A DNA stretch of 64,000 nt from Candidatus Aenigmatarchaeota archaeon (GCA_039090665.1 JAWCSL010000001.1:32001-96000), one strand, 5' to 3'. Shown: positions 1 to 8,832, numbered from the stretch's first letter. The notes: generated by a model not told the origin, from the sequence alone. Translations and numbers: made by a program.

Positions 1-1
1 T

Positions 2-1432
2 GAAATAAATGGTTTTACTTTTTACAGTGAAACTGATACAGAAGTTATCCCAAACCTCATAGAATATGAAATGAGAAAAAATAAAAATTTTGAAGAAGCA
101 TGTAAAGATGCTTTCAAAGTTTTGGAAGGGAATTATGCAATTATTGCCATTCATGAAGACGAAAATAAAATCATAGCAGCAAGAAGCGGCTCCCCTTTAG
201 TTATAGGCGTGGGAAATAATGAATACTTTGTTGCAAGCGATATTCCATCTTTTTTAGAATTCACACCAAATGTTATCTATTTGCATGATAAAGATTTTGT
301 TGTAATTGGTGAAGAACTCAAATTCTTTAATCTTGTTGAAGGAAAAGAGGTAAAGAGAGAGATCAAAAGTGTTGAATGGAGTATAGAAGAAGTAAAAAAA
401 GGAAATTTTGAACATTACATGCTTAAGGAAATTTCAGAACAAGTTGAAACTATCCAAAGAGCCATAAATCAAGATGAAAAAATTTTAAGAGAAGTTGCTA
501 AGAAAATTAAAGAAGCTGACAGAGTTTTTTTAATTGGGTGTGGAACTTCTTACCATGCATGCCTTACAGGAAGTTACCTTTTTTCTAAGATAGCAAAAAT
601 GCATATAAATCCTGTTTTAGCTTCAGAATTCCCAAATTATGAAAACTTCCTAACAGAAAAAACCCTTGTTATAGCGATTTCACAAAGCGGTGAAACAGCA
701 GATGTTTTGGAAGCTGTAAAAACTGCGAAGAAGAGGGGAAGCAAAATAATTTCAATTGTCAATGTTATTAATTCTTCATTGCATAGAGATTCGGATCAAG
801 CTCTGTTGATGAATGCAGGCCCAGAAATTTGTGTTTTATCAACGAAAACTTATACATCTCAACTAGCCATTCTAACACTTCTAGCTTATACCTTAGCCGA
901 AAAATATGAAGAAGGTAAGAAAAAACTAAGGTATTTATGGAATTTGATTTATAATCTAACTTCCGAAAGCACAAGAGAACATATAAAGAAGCTTGCTGAA
1001 AAATTAAAAGACAAAGAACATTTGTTTTTGATAGGAAGAGGCTTGCAATATCCCACTGCCTTGGAAGCTGCCTTAAAAATAAAGGAAGTTTCTTACATTC
1101 ATGCAGAAGCTTTTTCTGGTGGTGAACTCAAGCATGGAAACATTGCTTTGATAGAAGAAAACACTCCTTGCATAGTTTTTGTTTCAGAAGAAAATGAGAA
1201 AGAAATTCTTTTAAATGCTCACGAAATTAAAGCAAGAGGAGGATATATAATTGGTGTTTCCCCTAAAAACAATGAAATTTTTGATTTTTGGATAAAAGTT
1301 CCTGAGGTAGGAGAAACCAATCCCATATGTCAAATAATACCGATTCAAATCCTTGCTTATCAGTTGGCTGTTTTAAGAGGTTACGATCCTGACCATCCTC
1401 GCAACTTGGCAAAATCTGTGACTGTAAAATGA
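2..1432 (+). CDS. glmS: Glutamine-fructose-6-phosphate aminotransferase (5'-truncated by window edge)
   Basis: Frame open from window start (SETDTEV), SIS-domain motifs SQSGET and ELKHG, C-terminal PRNLAKSVTV. Confidence 0.96.
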   Translation, partial: EINGFTFYSETDTEVIPNLIEYEMRKNKNFEEACKDAFKVLEGNYAIIAIHEDENKIIAARSGSPLVIGVGNNEYFVASDIPSFLEFTPNVIYLHDKDFVVIGEELKFFNLVEGKEVKREIKSVEWSIEEVKKGNFEHYMLKEISEQVETIQRAINQDEKILREVAKKIKEADRVFLIGCGTSYHACLTGSYLFSKIAKMHINPVLASEFPNYENFLTEKTLVIAISQSGETADVLEAVKTAKKRGSKIISIVNVINSSLHRDSDQALLMNAGPEICVLSTKTYTSQLAILTLLAYTLAEKYEEGKKKLRYLWNLIYNLTSESTREHIKKLAEKLKDKEHLFLIGRGLQYPTALEAALKIKEVSYIHAEAFSGGELKHGNIALIEENTPCIVFVSEENEKEILLNAHEIKARGGYIIGVSPKNNEIFDFWIKVPEVGETNPICQIIPIQILAYQLAVLRGYDPDHPRNLAKSVTVK

Positions 1433-1492
1433 GCCAATTTTAAAAGAACAGCAAAACATTCCATTATTTAAACATAAATCAAAAATAATTAA

Positions 1493-2428
1493 GTGGTTAG
1501 TATGAGGCCTGTGAAAGATTTTTCAATTGATAGAAAAACTTCTCTGAATGAATTATTCAAACAAATGAAAAGCTCAGGAGGCTTTAGTGCCAAAAATCTT
1601 TCAATTTCAGTAGAAATATTGGAAAGAATGATTAAAGATGAGAAATGTTTAAAATTTCTTTCTTTTCCTGCATGTATAATTGCAACAGGCACAAGAGGAA
1701 TAATAAAAGATTTTGTTAAGAGAAAATGGTTTGATGTTGTTATAACAACTTGTGGAACTTTAGATCATGATTTGGCAAGAAGCTACAAAGACTATTACCA
1801 TGGAACTTTTTTTGTTGACGACTCTGAGCTACACAAAAAAGGAATTCACAGGCTAGGAAATGTTTTCGTACCAAAAGAATCTTACGGCATGATAATTGAA
1901 GAGAAGATGAGAGAATTCTTGAAAGAAATCTATTCTCAAAAAAAAGAATTCTCAACACATGAGCTTATTTGGGAATTGGGCAAAAGAATAAACAACAAAA
2001 ATTCAATACTTTTCTGGGCCTGGAAAAACAAAATTCCTGTCATCGTGCCTGGAATAACAGATGGTGCGGTTGGATACCAGCTTTGGCAATTTTGGCAAGA
2101 TCACAAAGATTTTAAGATAAATGAATTGTTTGATGAACAGCTTTTAAGCGATATTGTGTGGAAAGCAAAGAAAACAGGAGCTTTGGTTATAGGAGGAGGA
2201 ATTTCTAAGCATCATGTAATTTGGTGGAATCAATTCAAAGAAGGTTTGGATTATGCAGTTTACATCACAACAGCAGTTGAGTGGGACGGAAGCTTAAGTG
2301 GAGCAAGAACAAGAGAAGCAATATCTTGGGGGAAAATTAAAGAGAGAGCAAAACATGTTACTGTAGAAGGAGATGCAACTGTTTACTTGCCTTTAATTTA
2401 TTCAGCTCTATTAGAAAGAATTAAATGA
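1493..2428 (+). CDS. dys: Deoxyhypusine synthase
   Basis: GGGISKHH and DGSLSGA..EAISWGK motifs. Confidence 0.95.
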   Translation: MVSMRPVKDFSIDRKTSLNELFKQMKSSGGFSAKNLSISVEILERMIKDEKCLKFLSFPACIIATGTRGIIKDFVKRKWFDVVITTCGTLDHDLARSYKDYYHGTFFVDDSELHKKGIHRLGNVFVPKESYGMIIEEKMREFLKEIYSQKKEFSTHELIWELGKRINNKNSILFWAWKNKIPVIVPGITDGAVGYQLWQFWQDHKDFKINELFDEQLLSDIVWKAKKTGALVIGGGISKHHVIWWNQFKEGLDYAVYITTAVEWDGSLSGARTREAISWGKIKERAKHVTVEGDATVYLPLIYSALLERIK

Positions 2429-3104
2429 GGCCAAGATTTTTTAGCTTGTTAACAATTTCTTCAACAATTTCATCAACTGCCTTGTTCATCCAAACTTCTA
2501 TGAAAGGAATTTTCTCTTTCTTGTAATATTCTATCAGTGGGAAAGTTTGTTGGTTGTAAATTTTGAGCCTCTCTCTCACAATTTCCGGCTTATCATCATC
2601 TCTTTGAACAAGAGGAGAGCCACACTTATCGCAAACCATATCATTCTTCGGCAAAAGTGGTGGTAATTTGTATTCTATACCACCTATAACTTTTTGAATG
2701 TTTGCTATGTTGTAATTTCCATCACATTTAGGGTTTGAACAGATTCTCCTAGCACAAATTTTTTCTACAAGAATTTCTTCATGACAATTGATTAAAATTA
2801 TGGCATCTATTTTTACCATTTCTTTCAAGGCTTCAGCTTGTTTTATTGTTCTAGGAAAGCCATCTAAAATGAAATTTTCCTTACCTTCAATTTCTTTTTT
2901 AACCACTTCTATCACAATTTCATCCGGAACTATTTCACCTTTTTTCACATAATTTTCAACCATTTTCCCAAGCAAGCTGCCTTCTTTCATGGCAGCCCTG
3001 AAAATTTCTCCTGTAGAAATTCTTTCTATACCATACCTTTCTTTCAGTCTTGAAGAGTAAGTTCCTTTACCAGAGCCCGGTGGTCCAAAAATTATAAGCT
3101 TCAT
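2421..3104 (-). CDS. adk: Adenylate kinase, bacterial/long type with Cys-containing LID
   Basis: GPPGSGKGT, LDGFPRT, QRDDD motifs. Confidence 0.93.
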   Translation of the reverse strand: MKLIIFGPPGSGKGTYSSRLKERYGIERISTGEIFRAAMKEGSLLGKMVENYVKKGEIVPDEIVIEVVKKEIEGKENFILDGFPRTIKQAEALKEMVKIDAIILINCHEEILVEKICARRICSNPKCDGNYNIANIQKVIGGIEYKLPPLLPKNDMVCDKCGSPLVQRDDDKPEIVRERLKIYNQQTFPLIEYYKKEKIPFIEVWMNKAVDEIVEEIVNKLKNLGLI

Positions 3105-3685
3105 TTCATCAATCCCACTAACTTAACTATTTCTTCAGCTCCTTTAATTGCTTGTTCAAATGGTTTTTTCTCTTTAAACCTTAAATCAATTATCTTTACA
3201 GGACATTCAAAAACACTGGCAACATCAAGAGCAACAGTTCTGTTCACAGTTTGATGCTCTTCTATTTCTTGCAAAGTTTCTATGTCTCTTTTTCTGTTTT
3301 TATCTTTTATTCTCCTTTTCAAAACATCTTTTGGATCAAATTCTAACAATATTATCATGTCGGGCTTCATGAGCTTCATAGTCTTTTCAGACAAAGCATG
3401 AAAATAACCATAAGGAGTTTTAATTGTGACATGTGTGTTTATGAACAAAACCTTATCTTTCATCTTACCAATTTTCTTAGCAACTTTTTCTTGAATTTCT
3501 CTTTGTTGCTCCAAGGTCAATTTTTTTCTAAGCTCGTCTCTATCCCTTATTCCATATTTTTTAGAAGCGATTTCAAGATATAAATCACCAGCCGTTACAA
3601 TTTTTGCTTTTGGTAACATTTTCTTAACATATTCTAAAACAGTACTTTTTCCACCACCAGGCACTGCAGTTACAAGTATCTTCAT
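3101..3685 (-). CDS. adkA: Adenylate kinase, archaeal AdkA type
   Basis: PGGGKST P-loop, RDELRK, INTH, RRxKDxxRxRD motifs; start moved to MKILVT. Confidence 0.8.
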   Translation of the reverse strand: MKILVTAVPGGGKSTVLEYVKKMLPKAKIVTAGDLYLEIASKKYGIRDRDELRKKLTLEQQREIQEKVAKKIGKMKDKVLFINTHVTIKTPYGYFHALSEKTMKLMKPDMIILLEFDPKDVLKRRIKDKNRKRDIETLQEIEEHQTVNRTVALDVASVFECPVKIIDLRFKEKKPFEQAIKGAEEIVKLVGLMK

Positions 3686-3744
3686 TAAAATCTTAAAAAT
3701 TATTTTTGTTTTCATTTAGATATAATATAACAGGCTAGTAACAA

Positions 3745-3851
3745 GCTGGCGTGGATTAGCCTGGCTAAATCGCGGCGCTCATAGCATCTATGAGCTTTGA
3801 TAAAGGATGAAAGAAACGCCGAGATCGCGGGTTCAAATCCCGCCGCCAGCA
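3745..3851 (+). tRNA. tRNA-Met(CAT), elongator type, with 32-nt intron at 37/38 (3784-3815)
   Basis: Acceptor GCTGGCG/CGCCAGC, anticodon stem CGGCG/CGCCG, CAT at 3780-3782, T-loop GTTCAAATC; G1-C72 rather than initiator A1-U72; splice motif is relaxed, not a strict BHB. Confidence 0.9.
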
Positions 3852-3920
3852 TTAGTTTTCTAAGTATCTCCCTAGTTTAGTTTAGGAACATATATAATCT
3901 TTCTCAACCAACAGAAAATT

Positions 3921-5066
3921 GTGAAAGAACCTAAAACTAGAATAGGAATATGTGAATACCATTTGTGTAAAAAGAAAACAAAAGTTTTCTTGTGTAAGTA
4001 TTGTGGAAAGTATTTTTGCAAAAAACACATACAACCGAAACCTGTTTTAAGTTTGAGACAAGTTTCCACTGCTAAAGAACCTTTAAGAAGTAAGTTGGAA
4101 AAAATATGGAGAAGTGAAAAAGGACACCCTGATTCTAATTTTACACCAATATTCTGGAGAAGGTTTGAAAAAGAAGAGAAACTCAAACTAGAAATAATGT
4201 GGGACACATTAAACAAGTTAAAAGAATTGAAAAAATTGGAAAGAGTTGATCTTATGGAAACCAAATCAGTCAAAGAAACTCGTACACAAACAAACAGTGA
4301 TATTAAAATCAAAAATACTTTGACAGTCCTAACTTTAATAATTGTTTTCATTATTTTGGCTTTGTTTGTCATAAATTTACCCACAGGAAACCTTTCTGAA
4401 AATCATACGTTCATCTCAGAAAATATAATACAAACTACTTCCACCACATTAAAGATCACATTAGAAAAGGAAGAAAGTAAAAAGTACTTTGTAGATTTAA
4501 ATTTTTCTACCCCTTTCCCCAGGCTTAATAAAACTTTTTTAATCAATAACTTTTATTCCGTTTATATTAACGATTCTCTTTTGAAAATAATAGATCCAAA
4601 TTGTACCGACTTTTGTAACAAGAGCATAGAAGCTGTCAAAAAAGCATTTAAAATATGGGAAGAAGAAATCAAATTAATCGATTTCGAGTTTGTAGGAGTT
4701 GAAAAAAATCATACAATCTATGTCGAGATAACAGCAGAAATGCCTATTGATGTAGTAGAAAAAGAATTTGTTTCTTATGCTGTAGGTTATACTATACCTT
4801 ACGGCTACGAATGTGGAAACTATGTGTTTGTAAAGGGAGGGAAGATTTACCTTTCACCTAAGAAAGAACAACACTTACTCAAAATTGCCATGCACGAGAT
4901 AGGTCATATTTTGAATCTGGCTGATGTTGGGAACAAAGATTCTATAATGTGTAAGTGGAGTGAAGAAGAAATAGTCTCTGAAGAAGAGTTGAGAAAAAGT
5001 ATAAACCAGGAAATAAAAGAAACTTTGAAAATGATTGTCAAACCAGAGTATGATTGTGGAGTTTAA
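3921..5066 (+). CDS. Membrane-anchored zinc metalloprotease (matrixin-like) with N-terminal AN1-like Zn finger
   Basis: CEYHLC..CKYCGKYFCKKH, central TM helix, HEIGHILNLAD followed by Met-turn SIM. Confidence 0.7.
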   Translation: MKEPKTRIGICEYHLCKKKTKVFLCKYCGKYFCKKHIQPKPVLSLRQVSTAKEPLRSKLEKIWRSEKGHPDSNFTPIFWRRFEKEEKLKLEIMWDTLNKLKELKKLERVDLMETKSVKETRTQTNSDIKIKNTLTVLTLIIVFIILALFVINLPTGNLSENHTFISENIIQTTSTTLKITLEKEESKKYFVDLNFSTPFPRLNKTFLINNFYSVYINDSLLKIIDPNCTDFCNKSIEAVKKAFKIWEEEIKLIDFEFVGVEKNHTIYVEITAEMPIDVVEKEFVSYAVGYTIPYGYECGNYVFVKGGKIYLSPKKEQHLLKIAMHEIGHILNLADVGNKDSIMCKWSEEEIVSEEELRKSINQEIKETLKMIVKPEYDCGV

Positions 5067-5136
5067 GGAGTGGATCTTAAAAAACAGTTGATTTTTAAAA
5101 CTTTCAAAATAAAAATAAATTAAACCGGTGTTGAGT

Positions 5137-5355
5137 ATGGTAGAGTTAACACCAGAAGAAACAAAAGTAGTTGAGGCGATGAAATCTTTGAAAGCGATAG
5201 CAGAAGACAAGATAAAAGATGCAGATCAAATAGCAAAAGCCGCGATGATGCCAAAAGGTAAAGTTGCGAACATTCTTTTGAGTTTGGTCAACAAGAAGGT
5301 CGTCAAAAGAGTTGCAAGAGAAAAGGCAGCAGGCTACTATTTACTTCAATCTTGA
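5137..5355 (+). CDS. Small winged-HTH protein
   Basis: Helix pattern DQIAKAAMMPKGKVANILLSLVNKKVV, wing GYYLL. Confidence 0.65.
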   Translation: MVELTPEETKVVEAMKSLKAIAEDKIKDADQIAKAAMMPKGKVANILLSLVNKKVVKRVAREKAAGYYLLQS

Positions 5356-5400
5356 CAAAACTTGATTTTTCAATTGAATTTTGTTTAGTGGTATTTCTAG

Positions 5401-5473
5401 GGCCAAGGTCGGGATTCGAACCCGAACAAAGGGCTCCACAGGCCCTTGTGCTAACCGTTACACCACCTTGGCC
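5401..5473 (-). tRNA. tRNA-His(GTG) with encoded G-1
   Basis: Reverse complement folds as GCCAAGG/CCTTGGC, anticodon arm AGGGC-CTGTGGA-GCCCT, C73 discriminator, G at -1. Confidence 0.95.
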
Positions 5474-5474
5474 A

Positions 5475-6614
5475 TTAATAAAATTCTATCTCAACTTCTT
5501 TTAATGCTTTTTCTATCATTTCCTTAATATTTAACTTTTCTTCAAATTTTTTCACAAGCTTAAAATTTCCGGCAGCGCTGGCATGTTTTGGTGTGAATAA
5601 GGTGCAACAATCTTCTTGCGGTTTAATTGAAATATCATAAGTTCCAATTTTTTTCGCCAAATTAATTATTTCTTCTTTATCCATTCCAATCAAAGGTCTC
5701 AAAATTGGCAAGCTCGTAACCTCTTCTATTATTTTCAAATTTTTCAAAGTTTGTGAACTAACTTGAGCTAGACTCTCACCAGTTACTATTCCTTCACAAT
5801 TTTCTTTTTCTGCAATCCTTTCTGCAATTCTTAACATCATCCTTCGATAAAGTAAAATTCTGTAGTTTGGTTCAGTGCAAGCCTTAATTTTCATTTGGAT
5901 TTCATGAAAAGGAATGAAATAAACTTTAAGTCTAGGTTGATAATTCAAGAAAATTTTTGCCAGCTCTTTAACTTTTTGGATGCTTGAATTTGAAACTAGT
6001 GGAAAGCTGTGGAAATGTAGCCAAATGTTTTCAGAACCACGCTTTGCAATCAAATAGCTTGCTACAGGCGAATCAATTCCACCAGAAATTAAAGCTAGAG
6101 CTTTCCCGCCTGTACCAACAGGCAAACCCCCCTTACCTTTTTTCTTTTTAAAGTAAATAAACCATCCTGTTTTCCTTGCTTCTAAGAACAATTCAACATC
6201 CGGCTTTTCCAAATCAACTTTTCTTTCAATCTTGCTTGCAACTTTTCTGATTATTTCTTCACTACTTTCTTTCAAATTCCCTTTCTTTAGCCTTATTGCA
6301 AAAGTTTGTTTTTTCTCTATCCATTTTTCATAATTTTCTTTAACAAATTCCAAAACCTCTTGTAAATTGCCTTCTAAAAAAATTGCCTTAGCAAACCAAG
6401 AAATCCCAAAAACATTTTTAATGATTTTCTCCGCTTTTTTTGTTTCGCTTGTTTCAACAAAAATTCTCTCTCTTGAAGGAAAAATCTTAAACTTCAATTT
6501 TGCTACTTTAAGTGAAAGGGAAATGTTTTGAATAAGCTTTTGCAGAAAAATGCTCCTAACTCTTTCAGATTTCAAGAAAAGCTCACCAAATGCTATTAGA
6601 ATTCCTTCTTTCAT
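5475..6614 (-). CDS. thiI: tRNA 4-thiouridine synthase ThiI
   Basis: GELFLKS, THUMP domain, SGGIDSPVA PP-loop, GESLAQVSSQT, DCC. Confidence 0.95.
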   Translation of the reverse strand: MKEGILIAFGELFLKSERVRSIFLQKLIQNISLSLKVAKLKFKIFPSRERIFVETSETKKAEKIIKNVFGISWFAKAIFLEGNLQEVLEFVKENYEKWIEKKQTFAIRLKKGNLKESSEEIIRKVASKIERKVDLEKPDVELFLEARKTGWFIYFKKKKGKGGLPVGTGGKALALISGGIDSPVASYLIAKRGSENIWLHFHSFPLVSNSSIQKVKELAKIFLNYQPRLKVYFIPFHEIQMKIKACTEPNYRILLYRRMMLRIAERIAEKENCEGIVTGESLAQVSSQTLKNLKIIEEVTSLPILRPLIGMDKEEIINLAKKIGTYDISIKPQEDCCTLFTPKHASAAGNFKLVKKFEEKLNIKEMIEKALKEVEIEFY

Positions 6615-6696
6615 TTTCCCAATTTAGATTAGTTTTTCTTAAATTTTAAGGTAAAGAAACCAGAAAATGAAAATTTCATTTACAAAACAAAAACAC

Positions 6697-6704
6697 TTAA
6701 ATAT
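6697..6704 (+). promoter_or_regulatory. Probable TATA box of 16S rRNA gene
   Basis: TTAAATAT about 25 nt upstream of the first structured leader hairpin (from ~6726). Confidence 0.55.
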
Positions 6705-7603
6705 ACTGAGTTATATTATTTATTTGCTCATGGGTCTTGGCGTTGGGCTTTTGATCAAGTCAAACAAGACATGAGATGAAATAGCCTATTCTGACTCATG
6801 AGATATTGGCCTGAAGTGAAAGAGCTTCAGGTAGGTTGATTGGTGAAACCTAGAGGTAGGGCCCGCCAATTCTGGTTGATCCCGCCAGAGGCCACTGCTA
6901 TCCGGCTTCGACTAAGCCATGCGAGTCGAGAGGGGAAAGCCCTCGGCGCACTGCTCCGTAATACACAGTCAACCTACCCTTAGCTGGGGGATAATCCCGG
7001 GAAACTGGGGCTAATACCCCATAGGTGCTAGGTACTGGAAGGTCCTAGCGCCGAAAGCTCCGGCGGCTAAGGATGGGACTGTGGCCTATCAGCTTGTTGT
7101 GGAGGTAAAGGCTCCACAAGGCGATAACGGGTACGGGCTATGGAAGTAGGAGCCCGGAGATGGACTCTGAGACATGAGTCCAGGTACTACGGTACGCAGC
7201 AGGCGCGAAAACTTCTCAATGCTCGCAAGAGCGAAGAGGGAAGCCGGAGTGCCCTTGCTCTGCAAGGGCTTTTGCGGTCTGAAAACGGGACCGCGAATAA
7301 GGGGTGGGTAAGACGGGTGCCAGCCGCCGCGGTAATACCCGCGCCCCGAGTGGTGGCCACGATTATTGGGCCTAAAGCGTCCGTAGCCGGTCTGGTAAGT
7401 CCTCAGTGAAATCCTCTAGCAAACTAGAGGGCTTGCTGGGGATACTGCCAGACTTGAGACTGGGAGGGGGCAGGGGTACTCCCAGGGTAGGGGTGAAATC
7501 CTGTAATCCTGGGGGGACCACCTGTGGCGAAGGCGCCTGCCTGGAACAGGTCTGACGGTGAGGGACGAAAGCTAGGGGAGCGATCGGGATTAGATACCCC
7601 GGT

Positions 7604-7682
7604 ACACGAGGTTGGGTATCTTCTGATTTAAAGATGAAGAAAAATCCCAACTCAAGCTAGGATTTCCTAACTCGTGCGGGAA
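7604..7682 (+). ncRNA. 16S BHB intron 1 (79 nt, after ~U801), D'/C' guide-like
   Basis: CCCG/CGGG helix, GTA and AAA bulges; removal restores CCCCGGTAGTCC. Confidence 0.92.
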
Positions 7683-8082
7683 AGTCCTAGCCGTAAACGA
7701 TGCCCGCTTGGTGTTGCAAGCTTCTCGGGAGCTTGCAGTGCCGAAGCGTAGGTGTTAAGCGGGCCGCCTGGGGAGTACGCCCGCAAGGGTGAAACTTAAG
7801 GGAATTGGCGGGGGAGCACACAAGGGGTGGGCGTTGCGGTTCAATTGGATTCAACGCCGGAAATCTTACCAGGGCCGACGGCAGGATGAAGGTCAGTCTG
7901 AAGGGCTTACCAGACGAGCCGAGAGGTGGTGCATGGCCATCGTCAGCTCGTACCGTGAGGCGTGCGCTTAAGTGCGTTAACGAGCGAGACCCACACCCCA
8001 TGTTGCTAACTGCTTCTCCGGAAGCAGTGCACTCATGGGGGACCGCTGGCGATAAGCCAGAGGAAGGAGTGGGCGACGGTAG

Positions 8083-8170
8083 ACAGGTAAAAGGCTCAAG
8101 ACCGATTCATGTGAAAAAAAGATGAGCATGAATATCGCCCAGAGCCGTACATGTCTTTTACCTGACCGAA
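8083..8170 (+). ncRNA. 16S BHB intron 2 (88 nt, after ~1197), H/ACA-like fold
   Basis: CGGT/ACCG helix, AGA and AAG bulges; removal restores GACGGTAGGTCCGTATG. Confidence 0.92.
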
Positions 8171-8451
8171 GTCCGTATGCCCCGAATGCCCTGGGCCACA
8201 CGCGACGCACAATGCGCGCCACAATGGGATGCGACCCCGAAAGGGGAAGCAAAGCCCCTAAAAGCGCGCTCAGTTCGGATCGAGGGCTGTAACTCGTCCT
8301 CGTGAAGCTGGAATCCCTAGTAAGCGAACGTCATCATCGTTCGCTGAATACGTCCCTGCTCCTTGCACACACTGCCCGTCAAGCCAATCGAGCGGAACTC
8401 CATCGAGGCTTGCGATGAGCAAGTCGAGTTGGAGTTCTGTGAGAGGGGCTA

Positions 8452-8557
8452 ATCTTGGGGGTCCAGAAAAAAATAATATGAAAGAATTGGCTTGACTCTG
8501 ATGTGATGATGAGATGGAGGTGAGTTGATTGCTTGTATGGACCTCCCAAGAGCCTAA
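8452..8557 (+). ncRNA. 16S BHB intron 3 (106 nt, between A1492 and A1493) containing a four-box C/D sRNA
   Basis: GGGC/GCCT helix, TAA and AAA bulges; removal restores GGGGCTAAGTCG. Confidence 0.92.
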
Positions 8558-8832
8558 AGTCGCCACAAGGTAGCCGTACGGGAACGTGCGGCTGGATCAC
8601 CTCCTTACGTGCAACCCTACCTCAGGCACCATAAACAACCCTACCTGAAAGAATTTTCCTTTTTATCAGTACCAAAGTAAAAAAAATTAAGCTCGAATCT
8701 TTACCATTATCCTCAAATTTTTCAATTCTTTTCTTAAACTGTTTTCAAAAAGCTTGTGTTAACTAAAAACTAAAATAAATGAGAGAAAAATAGCTACCGA
8801 GCTTATAAAATAATAAAAATTGGGAAACCATT

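Larger units (their letters stand above)
6869..8605 (+). rRNA. rrs: 16S rRNA with three introns (~1464 nt spliced)
   Basis: ATTCTGGTTGATCC start, GTGCCAGCCGCCGCGGTAA, GGATCACCTCCT end. Confidence 0.98.
6826..8649 (+). other. 16S pre-rRNA processing stem with BHB (arms ~6826-6861 and ~8615-8649)
   Basis: GGTG/CACC 4-bp helix flanked by AAA and ATA bulges inside long complementary arms. Confidence 0.85.

Noticed and set aside
3745..3851. tRNA as initiator Met or Ile2
   Set aside because: Lacks A1-U72 and the GGG/CCC anticodon stem; the acceptor is not the GGGCC type typical of Ile (not fully excluded)
7589..7687. Claim that intron 1 abolishes 806R priming
   Set aside because: The 16 3'-proximal primer bases still match contiguous DNA; only forward primers ending in GTAGTC are clearly broken
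7140..8600. ORFs called inside the 16S gene
   Set aside because: Shadow frames of GC-rich rRNA
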